A stretch of DNA of 64,000 nt, taken from NCBI RefSeq assembly GCF_001194135.2, contig NC_068984.1, forward strand, positions 125,235,765 through 125,299,764, read 5' to 3'. The notes beneath the pieces are model-generated. The model saw only the letters and a program-made list of their open reading frames with translations, did no database searches and had not been told where the DNA came from. Every line of letters begins with the position of its first letter. The stretch's first letter is position 1. The stretch is from Octopus bimaculoides (taxonomy: Eukaryota). Positions 41,221 through 55,299 of the stretch are shown here, one piece after another. The position numbers were made by a program, and so were the translations under genes.

Positions 41221-42023
41221 NNNNNNNNNNNNNNNNNNNNNNNNNTATAGGCATGTATGTATGTATTCAACCTGCTTCTACTGTATATTTATAAATCTAC
41301 GAAGTGTGTTTACCTTCGTGTTTATTTTTGTCCCCAACAAATGCCTGACAACCGCTGTTGGTTTGCTTACCCCCCTGTAAGCGGTTCGGTAAAAGTGTCT
41401 GATAGAAAAAGTACCAGGCTTAAAAAGAAAAAAAAAAATAGTGAAGAACGATTTGTTCGGCAAAAACCCTTCAAGGTGGTGACCCCCTCCTCCGCGTAAC
41501 CCCCATTTCGTCGTGGCTGCAGTCCAAAGACTGGAACAAGTAAAAGACTGAAGATAAAAGAAAAATATCGATTGAGTTATTAGATATAAGTGGAAGCTAT
41601 TCAGACAAAATACAGAATGAGACAGGGCCAGATAGTGAGTGAGTAAGCGATGAATAGGTGTGTTTCGGTTATATGATGGAAGTAAGTTTATTTAAACTGG
41701 TGGAAGAAATGCCATAATATTGTGATTGATAGTGGCGAGGGCAGATGTAGGTCAAAAGCACACTTGCAATGTGGTAGTCTAAATAAGATATATGAGAAAT
41801 CTACATAACTGATGTAACTAAGGACAGGTTTAGCTAGCTGCAAAATGCTACATCTAAAGTCACTTATCCAACCCATTACACTCTATGAAAAGGCAGATGT
41901 AGAAACAGACATAGGCAGCACTACTAACGTTTCAATACAGATATTTTACATCTACATGTGTTGTGCATAGCCTGTATTATCAATGCGGTGTTTGTGTATA
42001 CGAGGGCAGACGTCATATAACAT

Positions 42024-42406
42024 GTGGCACTCGGTCGGTTGCGGCGACGAGGGTTCCAGTTGATCCGATCAACGGAACAGCCTGCTCGTGAAATTAACGT
42101 GCAACTGGCTGAGCACTCCACAGACACATGTACCCTTAATGTAGTTCTCGGGGAGATTCAGCGTGACACAGAGTGTGACAAAGCTGGCCTTTTGAAATAC
42201 GGGTACAACAGAAACGGGAAGAAAGTGTGAAAGAAAGTTGTGGTGAAAAAGTACAGCAGGGTTCGCCACCAACTCCCTGCTGGAGCCACGCGGAGCTTTA
42301 GATGTTTTTGCTCAATAAACACTCACAAAGCCCGGTCTTGGAATCGAAACCGCGATCCTACGACCGTGAGTCCGCAGCGCTAACTACTGGGTCATTGCGC
42401 CTCCAC
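42024..42406 (-). mobile_element. SINE family D, full length
   Basis: Reverse complement of 19853-20237. Confidence 0.9.
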
Positions 42407-42499
42407 TCATACAACATACTTCATGTACCTCTGTGTGTGTGTGTGTGGGTGTAGGTGTGTGTATACAAACTCTTCTTGTACCTATACACATATATATAT

Positions 42500-42752
42500 A
42501 TTCTTTTATTTGTTTCAGTCATTCGACTGCGGCCATGCTGGAGCACAGCATTTAGTCGAACAAATCGACCCCAAGATGATTCATTTATTGTAAGAGTAGT
42601 ACGTATTCTATCGGTCACTTTTGCCGAACTGCTAGCTTACGGGGACATATACACACAAACATCGAGTGTGAAGCCATGATGGAGGGACAAACACACACAC
42701 ACACGCACACGCACACACGCACACACATACACACACATACACACACACACAC

Positions 42753-42849
<97 letters not shown>

Positions 42850-42972
42850 CACACGACAGGCTTCTTTCAGTTTCCGTCCACCAAATCCACTCAAGGCTTT
42901 AGTCGACCCGAGGCTATAGTAGAAGACACTTGCCCGAAGTGGTTGGTAAGCAAGCTACTTACCACACACCCA
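42500..42972 (-). mobile_element. SINE family A with expanded internal (CA)n(TA)n
   Basis: TTTGTTTCAGTCATTCGACTGCGGCCATGCTGGAGC...GGTTGGTAAGCAAGCTACTTACCACAC. Confidence 0.85.
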
Positions 42973-43036
42973 CTATGTTACACATATATACGTGTGTGTA
43001 CGTGTGTGTGTTTGTATATATACAATGATATATACG

Positions 43037-43073
<37 letters not shown>

Positions 43074-43267
43074 ATATATATATATATATAATTTTTTATA
43101 TATTTTTTGGTAGTTTTTGACTCATTTANNNNNNNNNNNNNNNNNNNNNNNNNNNNNNNNNNNNNNNNNNNNNNNNNNNNNNNNNNNNNNNNNNNNNNNN
43201 NNNNNNNNNNNNNNNNNNNNNNNNNNNNNNNNNNNNNNNACACACATATGTGTGTGTTAAATGTGAT

Positions 43268-43682
43268 AGGCGCAGGCGTAGCTGTATAATAAGATATTTG
43301 CTTCTTATCCGGGTTCAGTTCATTGCACCGTGGGAATGTCTTCTGCTATAGCCTTTGGGCCAATCAAAGTCTTGCCAGTGGATTTTAATAGACGAAACGG
43401 AAACCAGTCGTATATATGCGCGCGCGCGCGTGTGTGTGTGTGTGTGCGTGTGTGTGTGTGTGTGTATACGCGAGTGAGTGTGTTTTGGGATCTATGTTTG
43501 TCCCACACACCCACTGTTTCACAACCAGTGTTTGTTTGATAACGCCCCCGTAATTTAATGGTTCACTGAAGAACCGATTCAATAAGTACTAGGTTTAAAA
43601 CGAAATAAGTGCTAGGGTCCATAAGTTTGACAAAATAATCTTCAAGGCGGTGTCCTACCATGGACACTGTCTAATGACGGAA
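43268..43682 (+). mobile_element. SINE family A, diverged
   Basis: ATAGGCGCAGGCGTAGCTG head, (CG)(TG)n interior, AAGGCGGTG...CATGG...AATGAC tail region. Confidence 0.72.
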
Positions 43683-44516
43683 ACCAGCCGATTCACACGC
43701 TAATTAACAGAATGATTACTCAAGAAATCGATAAATTAATTAGTTGAATGTAAACAAATTGACTAATAAAGATAAAAGAAAAAGAATCTGTGGACGTGTC
43801 TCTTACTGGCATCATGGCCATATATGTATGTATGTATGTATGTATGTACGTACGTACGTACGTATGTGTGCACTCTGCTCTAACTTGCTAGAACACCAGA
43901 TTCCAATGCGCACAGCTAACGCTGTCAGAATAACAGCCACAAATCCTACAACTAAAACAACCAGCGAATGCTAAGCTAATATACCGTTCACAAAATGTGT
44001 TTTTGCTGCTCAATGGCAGCGTGTCTACAAGTCTGACATTCTGTAGCAATGAAGTCATATCTTGTGTCAGATTATTCTAAGACAGGTCTGTGTTATTATC
44101 GTCCAACATCAGAATGGTCTGTTGAACTTTTTATATTTAGTAGCGTAATAATTTTCGGCGAAAATAGTTGTCCTTAAAGGTTCCTATATTTAGCTGAACT
44201 ATGAAAGCTTTCTCTAGACTGTGAATAACAAGATTTGTTCTAAGATCCGAAATTAAGTTTGTTTCGCTTATTTATATGTTTTATATTCTATATTCTGTAT
44301 ATTCTCACACTTGTACATGGACGGACAAAGTGTTTTTAGGTGCGCGTACGTCCTCTGCGAATTGACTATATCTGTCATGTTGAATGCGTGTACAATCACA
44401 CACACGCACGCACACACACACACGTGTGTGTATGTGCGTGTGCATGTATGCATATATGTATGTATGTATGTATGAATGTATATATGTGTGTGTATGTGTG
44501 TGTATATATATGTATG

Positions 44517-44569
<53 letters not shown>

Positions 44570-44589
44570 TGTAACCTCGTGGGCATCGG

Positions 44590-44768
44590 TACCATTTTCC
44601 TCTTTCTCCGTTCTTCCATTCTCCGAACTTTCCATCTTTCCGGCGAAGGGCTACGCCCGAAACGTCATACACTCTCTCTTTCCTTTCCTGAGCGTCCAAT
44701 AATACTATCCATATCACGTCCTCACTTTGTTGTTTTTTTGTTTTTTTTGTTATTGTGTTTTTGAACTA
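44590..44768 (+). mobile_element. Penelope-like terminal-repeat remnant with degenerate minimal hammerhead
   Basis: CCGGCGA-A-GGGC-TAC-GCCC-GAAAC-GTC at 44640-44666 matches the minimal type I hammerhead layout of Penelope-like elements, with two core substitutions; a second partial copy lies at 33418-33501. Confidence 0.62.
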
Positions 44769-46145
44769 TATATATATATATATATGCACACACACAGATG
44801 AATATATGGTGTGAGTGGCTCATTGTCATGAATACATTAAATATTTTTACATAAACATGCATTGTGTATACATATATATATATATTTAAGTTTGTACGCA
44901 AGTATACACATGCACACACATCGCATCTATCTGTGTGTACGTGAAGATACATACATGCATATATATATATATATATATATTTATACATACATACTCACAC
45001 ACACATACATATAGCTACATACGTACATGCATGATATATATTTGTATGTATGTTTACATATCGCTAAAATCTTAAACATACAAACATGCCCTTCGGCATA
45101 TTTTCAGGATGAGACGGTGTACAAATATGCAGTTTTTGTTTAATTTCTGAAAGTGATGAGGCGAATGGCAAAGACGACGATCTGGTTTTCCTACTCTAAA
45201 GTATTTGGAGAAATTTCAGTGTTAGATTCATGCCATTTCATTTCACTTAATCATGCAAAGAGGTGACAATTCTCGTACCTACCCCCGTCTGTAGTGTCAG
45301 TATGTTCATTTTTAGAGATATGACGCGGTTAAGTAGGAGGTGTGAGAAAATAATTGTGAATGATGAGCGTAAGAGAGAATATATGATGGTCGGTAGCAAA
45401 GAATTATATACATATGTATAAAAACACACACACGCACACACGCACACACGGACACACACACACACACACACACATACACACAAACACACACATACATATA
45501 TATNNNNNNNNNNNNNNNNNNNNNNNNNNNNNNNNNNNNNNNNNNNNNNNNNNNNNNNNNNNNNNNNNNNNNNNNNNNNNNNNNNNNNNNNNNNNNNNNN
45601 NNNNNNNNNNNNNNNNNNNNNNNNNNNNNNNNNNNNNNNNNNNNNNNNNNNNNNNNNNNNNNNNNNNNNNNNNNNNNNNNNNNNNNNNNNNNNNNNNNNN
45701 NNNNNNNNNNNNNNNNNNNNNNNNNNNNNNNNNNNNNNNNNNNNNNNNNNNNNNNNNNNNNNNNNNNNNNNNNNNNNNNNNNNNNNNNNNNNNNNNNNNN
45801 NNNNNNNNNNNNNNNNNNNNNNNNNNNNNNNNNNNNNNNNNNNNNNNNNNNNNNNNNNNNNNNNNNNNNNNNNNNNNNNNNNNNNNNNNNNNNNNNNNNN
45901 NNNNNNNNNNNNNNNNNNNNNNNNNNNNNNNNNNNNNNNNNNNNNNNNNNNNNNNNNNNNNNNNNNNNNNNNNNNNNNNNNNNNNNNNNNNNNNNNNNNN
46001 NNNNNNNNNNNNNNNNNNNNNNNNNNNNNNNNNNNNNNNNNNNNNNNNNNNNNNNNNNNNNNNNNNNNNNNNNNAACACACCAGCATCGGTTGTCAAGCG
46101 ATGTTGGGGGGACAAACACAGACACACAAACATATACACACATAC

Positions 46146-46195
<50 letters not shown>

Positions 46196-46530
46196 GCATA
46201 CATATACATATATATGTGTACGTATGTCTGTGTGTGTGTGGGGGGGCATCTAGATTAATGCTCAGATCTCCAAACCGAATCTACTTATGCCGTCAGGTAT
46301 ATTTCATCCCACTGGATCCCTTACACCTTATAGCAAAACTTTCAGATATAAAATACTGCGAGCAACGGCACATCGTGGTTATTTGTCCTCTATAGTTTCC
46401 CATGTATGTATCTATCACTCAGGTTCTCATTATTCTGAACTTGAAAACTGCAACCGACATCAAAATTCTCCCGCTAAATGATTTCTGAAATTTTAGTGAC
46501 TTCTCTCGTCCTTTCTATGACATACTGGAC

Positions 46531-46843
46531 TGGCATTCCTTCGGTTACGACGGTTAGGGTTCCAGATGATCCGATCAACGGAACAGCCTTCTCGTGAAAT
46601 TAACGTGTAAGTGACTGAGCACGCCACAGACACGCGTACCCTTAACGTAGTTCGCAAGGAGATTCAGCGTGACACAGAGTGTGAAAAGGCTGACCTTTCG
46701 AAATTCTACTCACTTTTGCCAGCTGAGTGGACTGGAACAGAGTGAAAGTCTTGCTCAATGATACAACGCGCTTTCGGGAATCGAACTCAAGCCCTTTCGA
46801 ACGTGAGGCGAATACCCTAGCCACCAAGCCACACACCTTCACA
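46531..46843 (-). mobile_element. SINE family F (E/C-like head and centre fused to the family D 3' tail)
   Basis: Plus strand GATCCGATCAACGGAACAGCC..CGTGAAATTAACGTG..CAGCGTGACACAGAG (family D tail) joined to TTTTGCCAGCTGAGTGGACTGGA (family E centre). Confidence 0.82.
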
Positions 46844-46869
46844 ATGGCATACTATTTTCCAGATATCTA

Positions 46870-47200
46870 TTGTACTTCCATGCAGTATGACTGATGTTTC
46901 TTTGAAAGCCATTAGGTGTGTCGATTCTTTCAACGCCAGACGCGTTCAGCCAATTGACATAGCCGTGTTTGATCAATACCCAGCTTGTGTCCAGTTAGCA
47001 CTACCGCTGGGAGTATTGCTCCTTCCGGGTTTGCACTTCCTGTTTCACAGTCACCTTGAATCAACCTTCGCTGCCTCCAGAGCTATGTAGAAGGCTTTCC
47101 ATTTATTGGCTCCGTTCTGTAAGCTCTGTAGATTTATTGCCTGCAAATGCAAAGCCTCCGCATCCTACCACTATGGAATCACACCTTTCCTAATGCCAGT
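46870..47200 (-). mobile_element. possible highly decayed RTE-like LINE C-terminus
   Basis: Scattered minus-strand peptides MRRL..FAG, RKCKPGR and KLGIDQTRLCQLAERVWR resemble RTE C-terminal motifs, but only across frameshifts and stops. Confidence 0.25.
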
Positions 47201-47676
47201 TTCCTCGTCAAAGCTGAAGTTCATAATCTCTAGTAATGTACACCAGCCTGCAGAAATTCGCATGAAATATCGTTGACAATAATCCCATAATATCTTTCAT
47301 CTTCCAGCCAGCATTCTAACTACAACCGTATGTTGTACAATTTATACACTAAGGAATACAACAGGGACATATGTAATAATTTATTCAATATCTCTATCAT
47401 TCCTTAATCGTTGTGTACAGACAGAATTGGTCCACTCAAATTTAAAGCATTGGTATCAAATTTTGGCACAAGGCCATTTCTTTAAAGTAATGATCGCAAA
47501 CTAAGGCTTGTACACTGCTAAACGCAAATACATTCTACACTTAATCTTAAAAATGCATTTTAGCTGATTAACAAACCATAATTCAAGAAAACATCGCATT
47601 GCATTGCACTCATTCTTCATCCTAATCACTGCCTTCCTATAGTAATGATTGTTGCTATCTATAATGACTTCTACAG

Positions 47677-47830
47677 CTACCCACAGTCACTCTTACTGCC
47701 CCATTAGTCACTCCTACTGCTCCCTTAGTCATTCCTACTGTTCCCTATCGAAACTTCTACTGCTTCCTAGTTATTCTTACTGCTCCATATAGTCACTTTT
47801 ACTATTACTGTAGTCGCTTCTATTGCTACT
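47677..47830. repeat. degenerate ~21-bp minisatellite (CCC.TAGTCACTC.TACTGCT), about 7 copies
   Basis: TAGTCA/TAGTTA...TACTG recurs at about 20-22 nt spacing. Confidence 0.75.
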
Positions 47831-47850
47831 TACGTGTAAATCACTTCAGT

Positions 47851-48198
47851 GTGAAGGCGCATGGCTCAGTGGCTAGAGCATCGGGCTCACAATCATGAGA
47901 TAGTGAGTTCGATACCCGGACCGAGCTATGTGTTGTGTTCTGTGTTCTTGAGCAAGATACTTTATTTTTCACGTTACTCCAAATCACTCAGCTGCAGAAA
48001 TGAGTCATGACGTCACTGGTGCCAAGCTGTATCAGCATTTGTCTTTCCCTTGGACCTCATCGGTGGCATGGAGAGGGGAGGCTAGTATGAATGGGTGACT
48101 GCTGGTGATCCATAAACAACCTTGCCCTGACTTGTACCTTGGAGGGGAACTTTCTAATTGTACTCCCATGGTCATTCATGACTGAAGGGAGCCCTTAC
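47851..48198 (+). mobile_element. SINE family C
   Basis: GTGAAGGCGCATGGCTCAGTGGCTAGAGC head; colinear with 17855-18194. Confidence 0.86.
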
Positions 48199-48814
48199 TT
48201 ATATAATCACTTCCCATGAGCACTTCTGCTCGTACTGTCACTACTGCTATTCGTGTGAAGGAGAAGGATTTATAAGAGCCCCTATTTATGCTCACAAAGC
48301 ACACCTGCGTCTTCTCTCAAGTTAACCCCATTGTCTTGTATTTTTTTTTTGTTTTTTGTTTTTTTGCATAGCACCAAAATCCTCTCCTAAACACTTCCTC
48401 GAAATCTTTATCGCCAGATGCTTCTAGAATTCCTTAATACCCGCCTACCAAATACTGTTTGAACATCAACCGTATCGACCTCAAAGTATCTGGGGAGAGC
48501 CTGCAAAGGTTATAAGGCATTATTCCTCTTCCCACATGAAAATGTTAAAAATCAAACTCTGTGCGTGTGGAGAAGGGGGGGGCGTGTGCGTGTGAGCTGC
48601 CGCTCGCACATGCACGCACTACAACCATCGCCACCGCCGACGCCGCCACCACCTCTTCCACCGCTACCATCGCCATCACCATCACCACCATCACCAGTTT
48701 ACATATACCTATTGTTTCTCTGTTTAAACAATCAGTCGTCACTGTTCATCATCTCTCTGATGCTAATCTCTCTTTTTATCAACTGTCTATACACCCCTCT
48801 CTCCCTTTTCCTAT

Positions 48815-48851
<37 letters not shown>

Positions 48852-50551
48852 TGNNNNNNNNNNNNNNNNNNNNNNNNNNNNNNNNNNNNNNNNNNNNNNN
48901 NNNNNNNNNNNNNNNNNNNNNNNNNNNNNNNNNNNNNNNNNNNNNNNNNNNNNNNNNNNNNNNNNNNNNNNNNNNNNNNNNNNNNNNNNNNNNNNNNNNN
49001 NNNNNNNNNNNNNNNNNNNNNNNNNNNNNNNNNNNNNNNNNNNNNNNNNNNNNNNNNNNNNNNNNNNNNNNNNNNNNNNNNNNNNNNNNNNNNNNNNNNN
49101 NNNNNNNNNNNNNNNNNNNNNNNNNNNNNNNNNNNNNNNNNNNNNNNNNNNNNNNNNNNNNNNNNNNNNNNNNNNNNNNNNNNNNNNNNNNNNNNNNNNN
49201 NNNNNNNNNNNNNNNNNNNNNNNNNNNNNNNNNNNNNNNNNNNNNNNNNNNNNNNNNNNNNNNNNNNNNNNNNNNNNNNNNNNNNNNNNNNNNNNNNNNN
49301 NNNNNNNNNNNNNNNNNNNNNNNNNNNNNNNNNNNNNNNNNNNNNNNNNNNNNNNNNNNNNNNNNNNNNNNNNNNNNNNNNNNNNNNNNNNNNNNNNNNN
49401 NNNNNNNNNNNNNNNNNNNNNNNNNNNNNNNNNNNNNNNNNNNNNNNNNNNNNNNNNNNNNNNNNNNNNNNNNNNNNNNNNNNTTTATGAACGCTATCTT
49501 CATTAGTATCCCCCCCCCACCATCATCATCATAATCATCACCGCCGCCACCACCAACATCAACAGTAAGAAAAAGAACAACAATAACACCCTCACTATTT
49601 TTCCACCTTCGTATTTCCCGTTTCGCTTTCCTTATATCGCCTTCAATGTACTTCTCCTTCCCCTTCCCCTCTCTTCCTTTCCATCTGTCTTTTCCCCTAT
49701 CGCTGCCTCTCTTTCCCCCTCTTTCTCCCCCACTCTCTCTCTCTCACTATTAGCTTCCCATTCCCAAACAGAACTCCCACCATTTATAGATAGCTTCAGC
49801 AACACCTCTCTGAAACATCACTCACATATTAACTACGTCATTCAATCGCACACACTTCTTTGAGTATAATTTATTGTTGTTGCTGCTGCAGTTGCTGCTA
49901 CTGTTGCTGCTCCTGCTTCTCCTCCTATTGTTGTTGCTGTTGTTGTTGTTATTGCTCATTTGTTAGCAGACAGCAGACGAGACATAGGTTCAGATCCAAT
50001 CCAGGTTGGTCGCCTTCTTGTCCAACTCTTCAGCTTCCAAACGCACAAACGAAACTAGTGTTGCGATACTGTTATCAACGACCTCTGTCGAACTTGCCAA
50101 ATAACAGCAACAACAACAACAAAAAACGACTCTTCCCCTCACACCGTTTTCTCTTTACTGTTGTTGGTGGCAGAGAAAAAATTGATAACAGTTTTACACT
50201 AACAACGTATTTTTTTTTTTCTACAGTTTCCTATATTTCTCTTCATGGTGGCTAATTTTCGCTTTGATGGAATATATAATTGAGGGCGAGACCAAATGCT
50301 TTTGTATAGTTTGCTGTTTGTGGGGAGCTTTCTTTATCGTACATGAGGTATACAGAGGCGTCAAAAGGACCCCTCCCCTCTTTAATCTGCTTACAAAAGG
50401 CCTCTCATTTCAGCTAACTTGAAACAATGGCTCGGCTTATCGCTTTGTTTTTCTTTGCAATTTTTATTTCCTGACTGCACACGTATGTGTTTGTCTACAT
50501 ATGAGCGTGCATGTATATGAGTATACATACACACACACACACATATTATAA

Positions 50552-50599
<48 letters not shown>

Positions 50600-51452
50600 N
50601 NNNNNNNNNNNNNNNNNNNNNNNNNNNNNNNNNNNNNNNNNNNNNNNNNNNNNNNNNNNNNNNNNNNNNNNNNNNNNNNNNNNNNNNNNNNNNNNNNNNN
50701 NNNNNNNNNNNNNNNNNNNNNNNNNNNNNNNNNNNNNNNNNNNNNNNNNNNNNNNNNNNNNNNNNNNNNNNNNNNNNNNNNNNNNNNNNNNNNNNNNNNN
50801 NNNNNNNNNNNNNNNNNNNNNNNNNNNNNNNNNNNNNNNNNNNNNNNNNNNNNNNNNNNNNNNNNNNNNNNNNNNNNNNNNNNNNNNNNNNNNNNTTTTA
50901 TAAGTATGCATTTATATATGCATGTTCGTGAATGCAAATGTATTCAAGAAAGCGAGGGCGGAAACGATAGGTAATGACGAGGTGGGACGAAAAATAATTT
51001 TAAAAACTAGAAAGAAAAGAATGGAAACAATTCTATTTAATTAATATAGCAGAAAGTGAAACAGTAGATTCATTTTTCCTTTGTATTGTAGTGTTTGTTT
51101 CTATGTCTTTTGTGATCGTCTGTCTAAGATATAAAATGGAAACAGTGGTTGATTTCAATCTAGTATTATTCAATGAAAAATTAAGCGTCTATGTCCGAAC
51201 GAATACAACAGATTGTCTAGGGAAATATGAAATCATCCAACTGGATGTAATTTCGTATTTTGCGAACATAGGTGACACATGTTACAATGACATGCTAAGC
51301 TTGCCATGTTAAACTTGCGATGTTTTATTACGCTCTTCTTTAATGTTGATTTCAATGGCTACCAAATTTGGTTTTGTTGTATTCTATGCCAAAAGAAAGC
51401 ATTAGTTGAATAATACATTCAAAATGTCTAAAAGACGCACATATTTTTATAT

Positions 51453-51605
51453 AGGCGCAGGCATAGCTGTGTGATAAAAAGCTTGCTTCCCAACAACACG
51501 GTTCTGGATTCAGTCTGACTGCGTCGTACCTTCGGCAAGGGCTTTCTACCTCAGGCCGACAAAACCCTTGTTGGTGGATTTGGTAGACGAAAACTGAAAG
51601 TCTGT

Positions 51606-51645
<40 letters not shown>

Positions 51646-51868
51646 TGTGTATTCTTTTGTTTGTTTGTCATTTGACTGCGGCCATGGTGGGACACTGTCT
51701 TTCGTCAAATAAATCGAACCCAGAACTTACTCTTTGTAAGCCTAGTACTTATCTTCTGGTCGGCCCGAGGCTATAGTAAAAGACACTTACCCAAGGTGCC
51801 ACGCACGCAGTGGGACTCGGAAGTGTGTGGTTGGTAGGCAAGCTACTTACCACACAGCCACTCCTATT
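51453..51868. mobile_element. convergent pair of partial family A SINEs (plus 51453-51610; minus about 51645-51868, internally deleted)
   Basis: Plus-strand head AGGCGCAGGCATAGCTGTGTG; minus-strand head ends at CCACACAGCCACTCCT. Confidence 0.78.
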
Positions 51869-52259
51869 TATTATTTTTTTCATCGAGCTCTATAACTTGT
51901 AAGACTGTTTACCCAATTTCCATAGTGTATAGGTGACAGAGATGACATTTCACCGGTCCGTTGCAGAGATCGATTCTGGCAATTTATAAGGGAGCGAAGG
52001 GGGTGGAGATTTGATTACATTGACACCAATACTTGACCCGAACGAATGAAAAGTAAAGCTGACCTCAGCAGGGCTGGCCTACATTCTCTCTAACATACAG
52101 GACGCCAATCAATTGTAGGGTCTGCCTATTTGCAGCTGAGCGGACTGGAGCAAAGTGAAATGAAATGTCATGTTAGAGAATACAACGCACCGCTAGCCTG
52201 AGATCGCAACACCGATTTCTTTTATGCCAACCACTCGGCCACGTGCCTTAATAATACAC

Positions 52260-52292
<33 letters not shown>

Positions 52293-53092
52293 ACACACAC
52301 ACTGCTTTACATGTACTTCCTTCCGTTTTGTTCATTAAATTCTTTCAGTTATTTCTTGTAGTCCTATTTTCTTGTAGTCATTATCTGTTCATTGTCTGGA
52401 AATTTTTTCGTCACACATCTGTGACCCCTTCAGCGACTCTTCTATCCACGTGCATCCTCTTTTTCTGTTTAGTCCGTTCTGCCTTTCTATGATGTGTAGA
52501 AAGGCAGAATGGTTTAAAACATTATCTGTTCCTTATTTCCTTATTACTTCTATCTCCTTCTTATCATTCGTAGACCCATTTCTGTTATTTCTTTATATAC
52601 CAACTCTTTCTATTCACTCTTTCTCTCTAATTTCATTCTTTCCTCATTCTTCAATTTCTGATCCAAATAACTTTTTCTTCTTTTTTACTATTTTTTTGGT
52701 GTTTATGGCTTTATTTTGCTTATTTGTTTGTTATTCCCCTTAAAAGTTTCTTTAACAAGAACACGAGTCGGTTATTTTTTGTGATTTAAGGATCTACACT
52801 GAAGTCGATGCGATTAAGTATATCTTGAGTTACATGATGTGGGCCGAGTTGTGCAGCTGGAAGTGCCAGGCAAAGAGGGTGTGTCCTACTGCTGGCTGAC
52901 ACAGAGCAAAAGGTGGAAAGGTAGCGCGTAATCTGACCCGTTTAATACCACTGATGCTGTGTATATGTGTGTGTTCAAGAAAGTACATATATATGTGCGT
53001 GTGTTTGTGTGTATGTGTGTGTATGCGTGCTTGCGGCGCGCGTGTGTTAGCATGTGTATGTATTTATATATATATATATATATATGTAAATG

Positions 53093-53183
<91 letters not shown>

Positions 53184-53211
53184 GTGTAAATACTTATATA
53201 TTTGTATATGA

Positions 53212-53254
<43 letters not shown>

Positions 53255-53431
53255 TGTTTGATATTCATATAAAGAGATACATACACATGTATTATACACA
53301 TGTACGTGCGTATATATGTACACGCATATATTTGTGCTAGATTCATAGATATATAGGTATACATATATATACATATGTACTCATATATGCATGCATGCTT
53401 GTATGTATGTATGTATGTATGTATGTATGTA

Positions 53432-53476
<45 letters not shown>

Positions 53477-55119
53477 NNNNNNNNNNACACATATATATAT
53501 ATATGTGCATATGTTCATACATAAATAAATATGCACATATACACATACATTCATACTAAAAACGTAGAAAGTTTGTAAAACTGCTGTTCTTTTTCCGAAA
53601 TATTGTAAGGACTGAGCTGAGGTACATTAACTTGGAAACTTTTAAACACAACTTAAACTACCAGTTATAATTATGCTTTTTAAGATACATTTATATTTTA
53701 ATTATGCTTTTTAAGATACATTTATATCATATACTTCAAATCTACAGAAAATAAAAGACGAAGACAACATATTTAAAACACCTGTATTTGTCTACGTAGT
53801 TCAAACTCAAACTACCAGCAACTCTGAGCTATTTCTCTTTACTCATTTTTTGCTTAAACCAAGAAGCAAGAACAAATAGACTACTAGCAACGAGTCAACA
53901 CAGATAGAAACAAGAAGGCAATTAGACTAACAGACATATCGTTGATGCTCTACCATAAATCACCCATCACTATGCAGTGATGAAGTTGTTCTCTCCAATG
54001 AAAGAACAATAAACAGTCTAAAATGAAGAGAAAACCAGATTCTTTTTAGATATGGCACGGAATCTTTAAAGTCCTCCTGCTTTGTTTACTTTTTCTTTTT
54101 ATGTATATGATGATTTTTTTCCTTGTTTTTTTTTTTTTTTTTTTTTACATTTCTGGTGTGTTCCTTTAATAATAATGATAATGTTTGGGTGGGTAAATGA
54201 CGATGATGATGATGACGACGAAGATGAAGAGGAGGATAATGGTGGTGATAATGACTGTGGTGGTGTTGTTGTTAGTGACGTTGTTGGTGGGTGATGGTTG
54301 CAGTGGTAGCTCCCCGCGATAGTGACGTCGACAATGATAATATTGATGATGATGATGATGATGATGATGATTATTATTATTATTGCTCTTGTGATGATGA
54401 CGATGATAATCATGCAGGTGGCATTTATAGTAGTGGAAAAGAAATCCGAAGATGTAAAGAGGGATAGGAGATAAGGGTCGAGGTTATTCCTTTTTTCTGT
54501 TGTCACGTGGTGTCTGAGCACCGGTTGCTGTTTTAGGTTATATGGTGTAACTTTGTGTAGATATGGTTGTTGTCGTTGTTGTTGTTGTTGTTTCGTGGTC
54601 GACGTCGTCGTCATCGTTGTTGTTACTGATCCGTATTGTTGTTATTGCAGACGTTCATCAGTTTAGGATCTCCAAAGATGTAAATCAGATACCTTTGGTT
54701 AATACCATTAATACCACCCTCAACAACTCTATTGTTGCTGCTGCTGCTGCTTCTGCTGCTTCTGCTGCTGAGGTTGTTGTTTAGTTTCAGCTCAACCTTG
54801 ATCTAATCCAGCAGACTTATAATGAAAAGTCTTGGCGGCAATGGGATTCAATACACTACAAGAAATAGCGAATAACGAATTACAAAAACAAAAAAAAAAA
54901 TTGCCAGAGAACATGTCTCCCAAACCTAAAACAAACGGGTAGTAAATGAAGCAATCCCGACTTCTAGCATATCGAAAATGACAGCATTTGATTGGCTAAA
55001 ATTAAAAATAATTTGAATCTATATAGAAATTCATGACTTCTTTAATTTTAATGTTTTTCATAAACAAACAAAAAATGGTTATAATTCACGTAATTAGCAT
55101 GAATAACTACATTTTATTC

Positions 55120-55299
55120 TTTTATCTTCTTTTACTCGTCTCAATAATTAGACTGCGACCATTTTGGGACACCGTCATGTAGGGGTTTTTTAGTCGAACA
55201 AATCGCCCCAGGACTTATTGCTTTAAGTCTGACACTTATTTTATCGGGGTCTTGTGCCGAACCGCTGGTTTATGGTTCGGCAAAAACGCATACAAAAAC

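Noticed and set aside
43870-43975. Hydrophobic minus-strand peptide SLVVLVVGFVAVILTALAVRIGIW
   Set aside because: It is flanked by in-frame stops and weak splice sites; T/G-rich sequence gives such peptides by chance.
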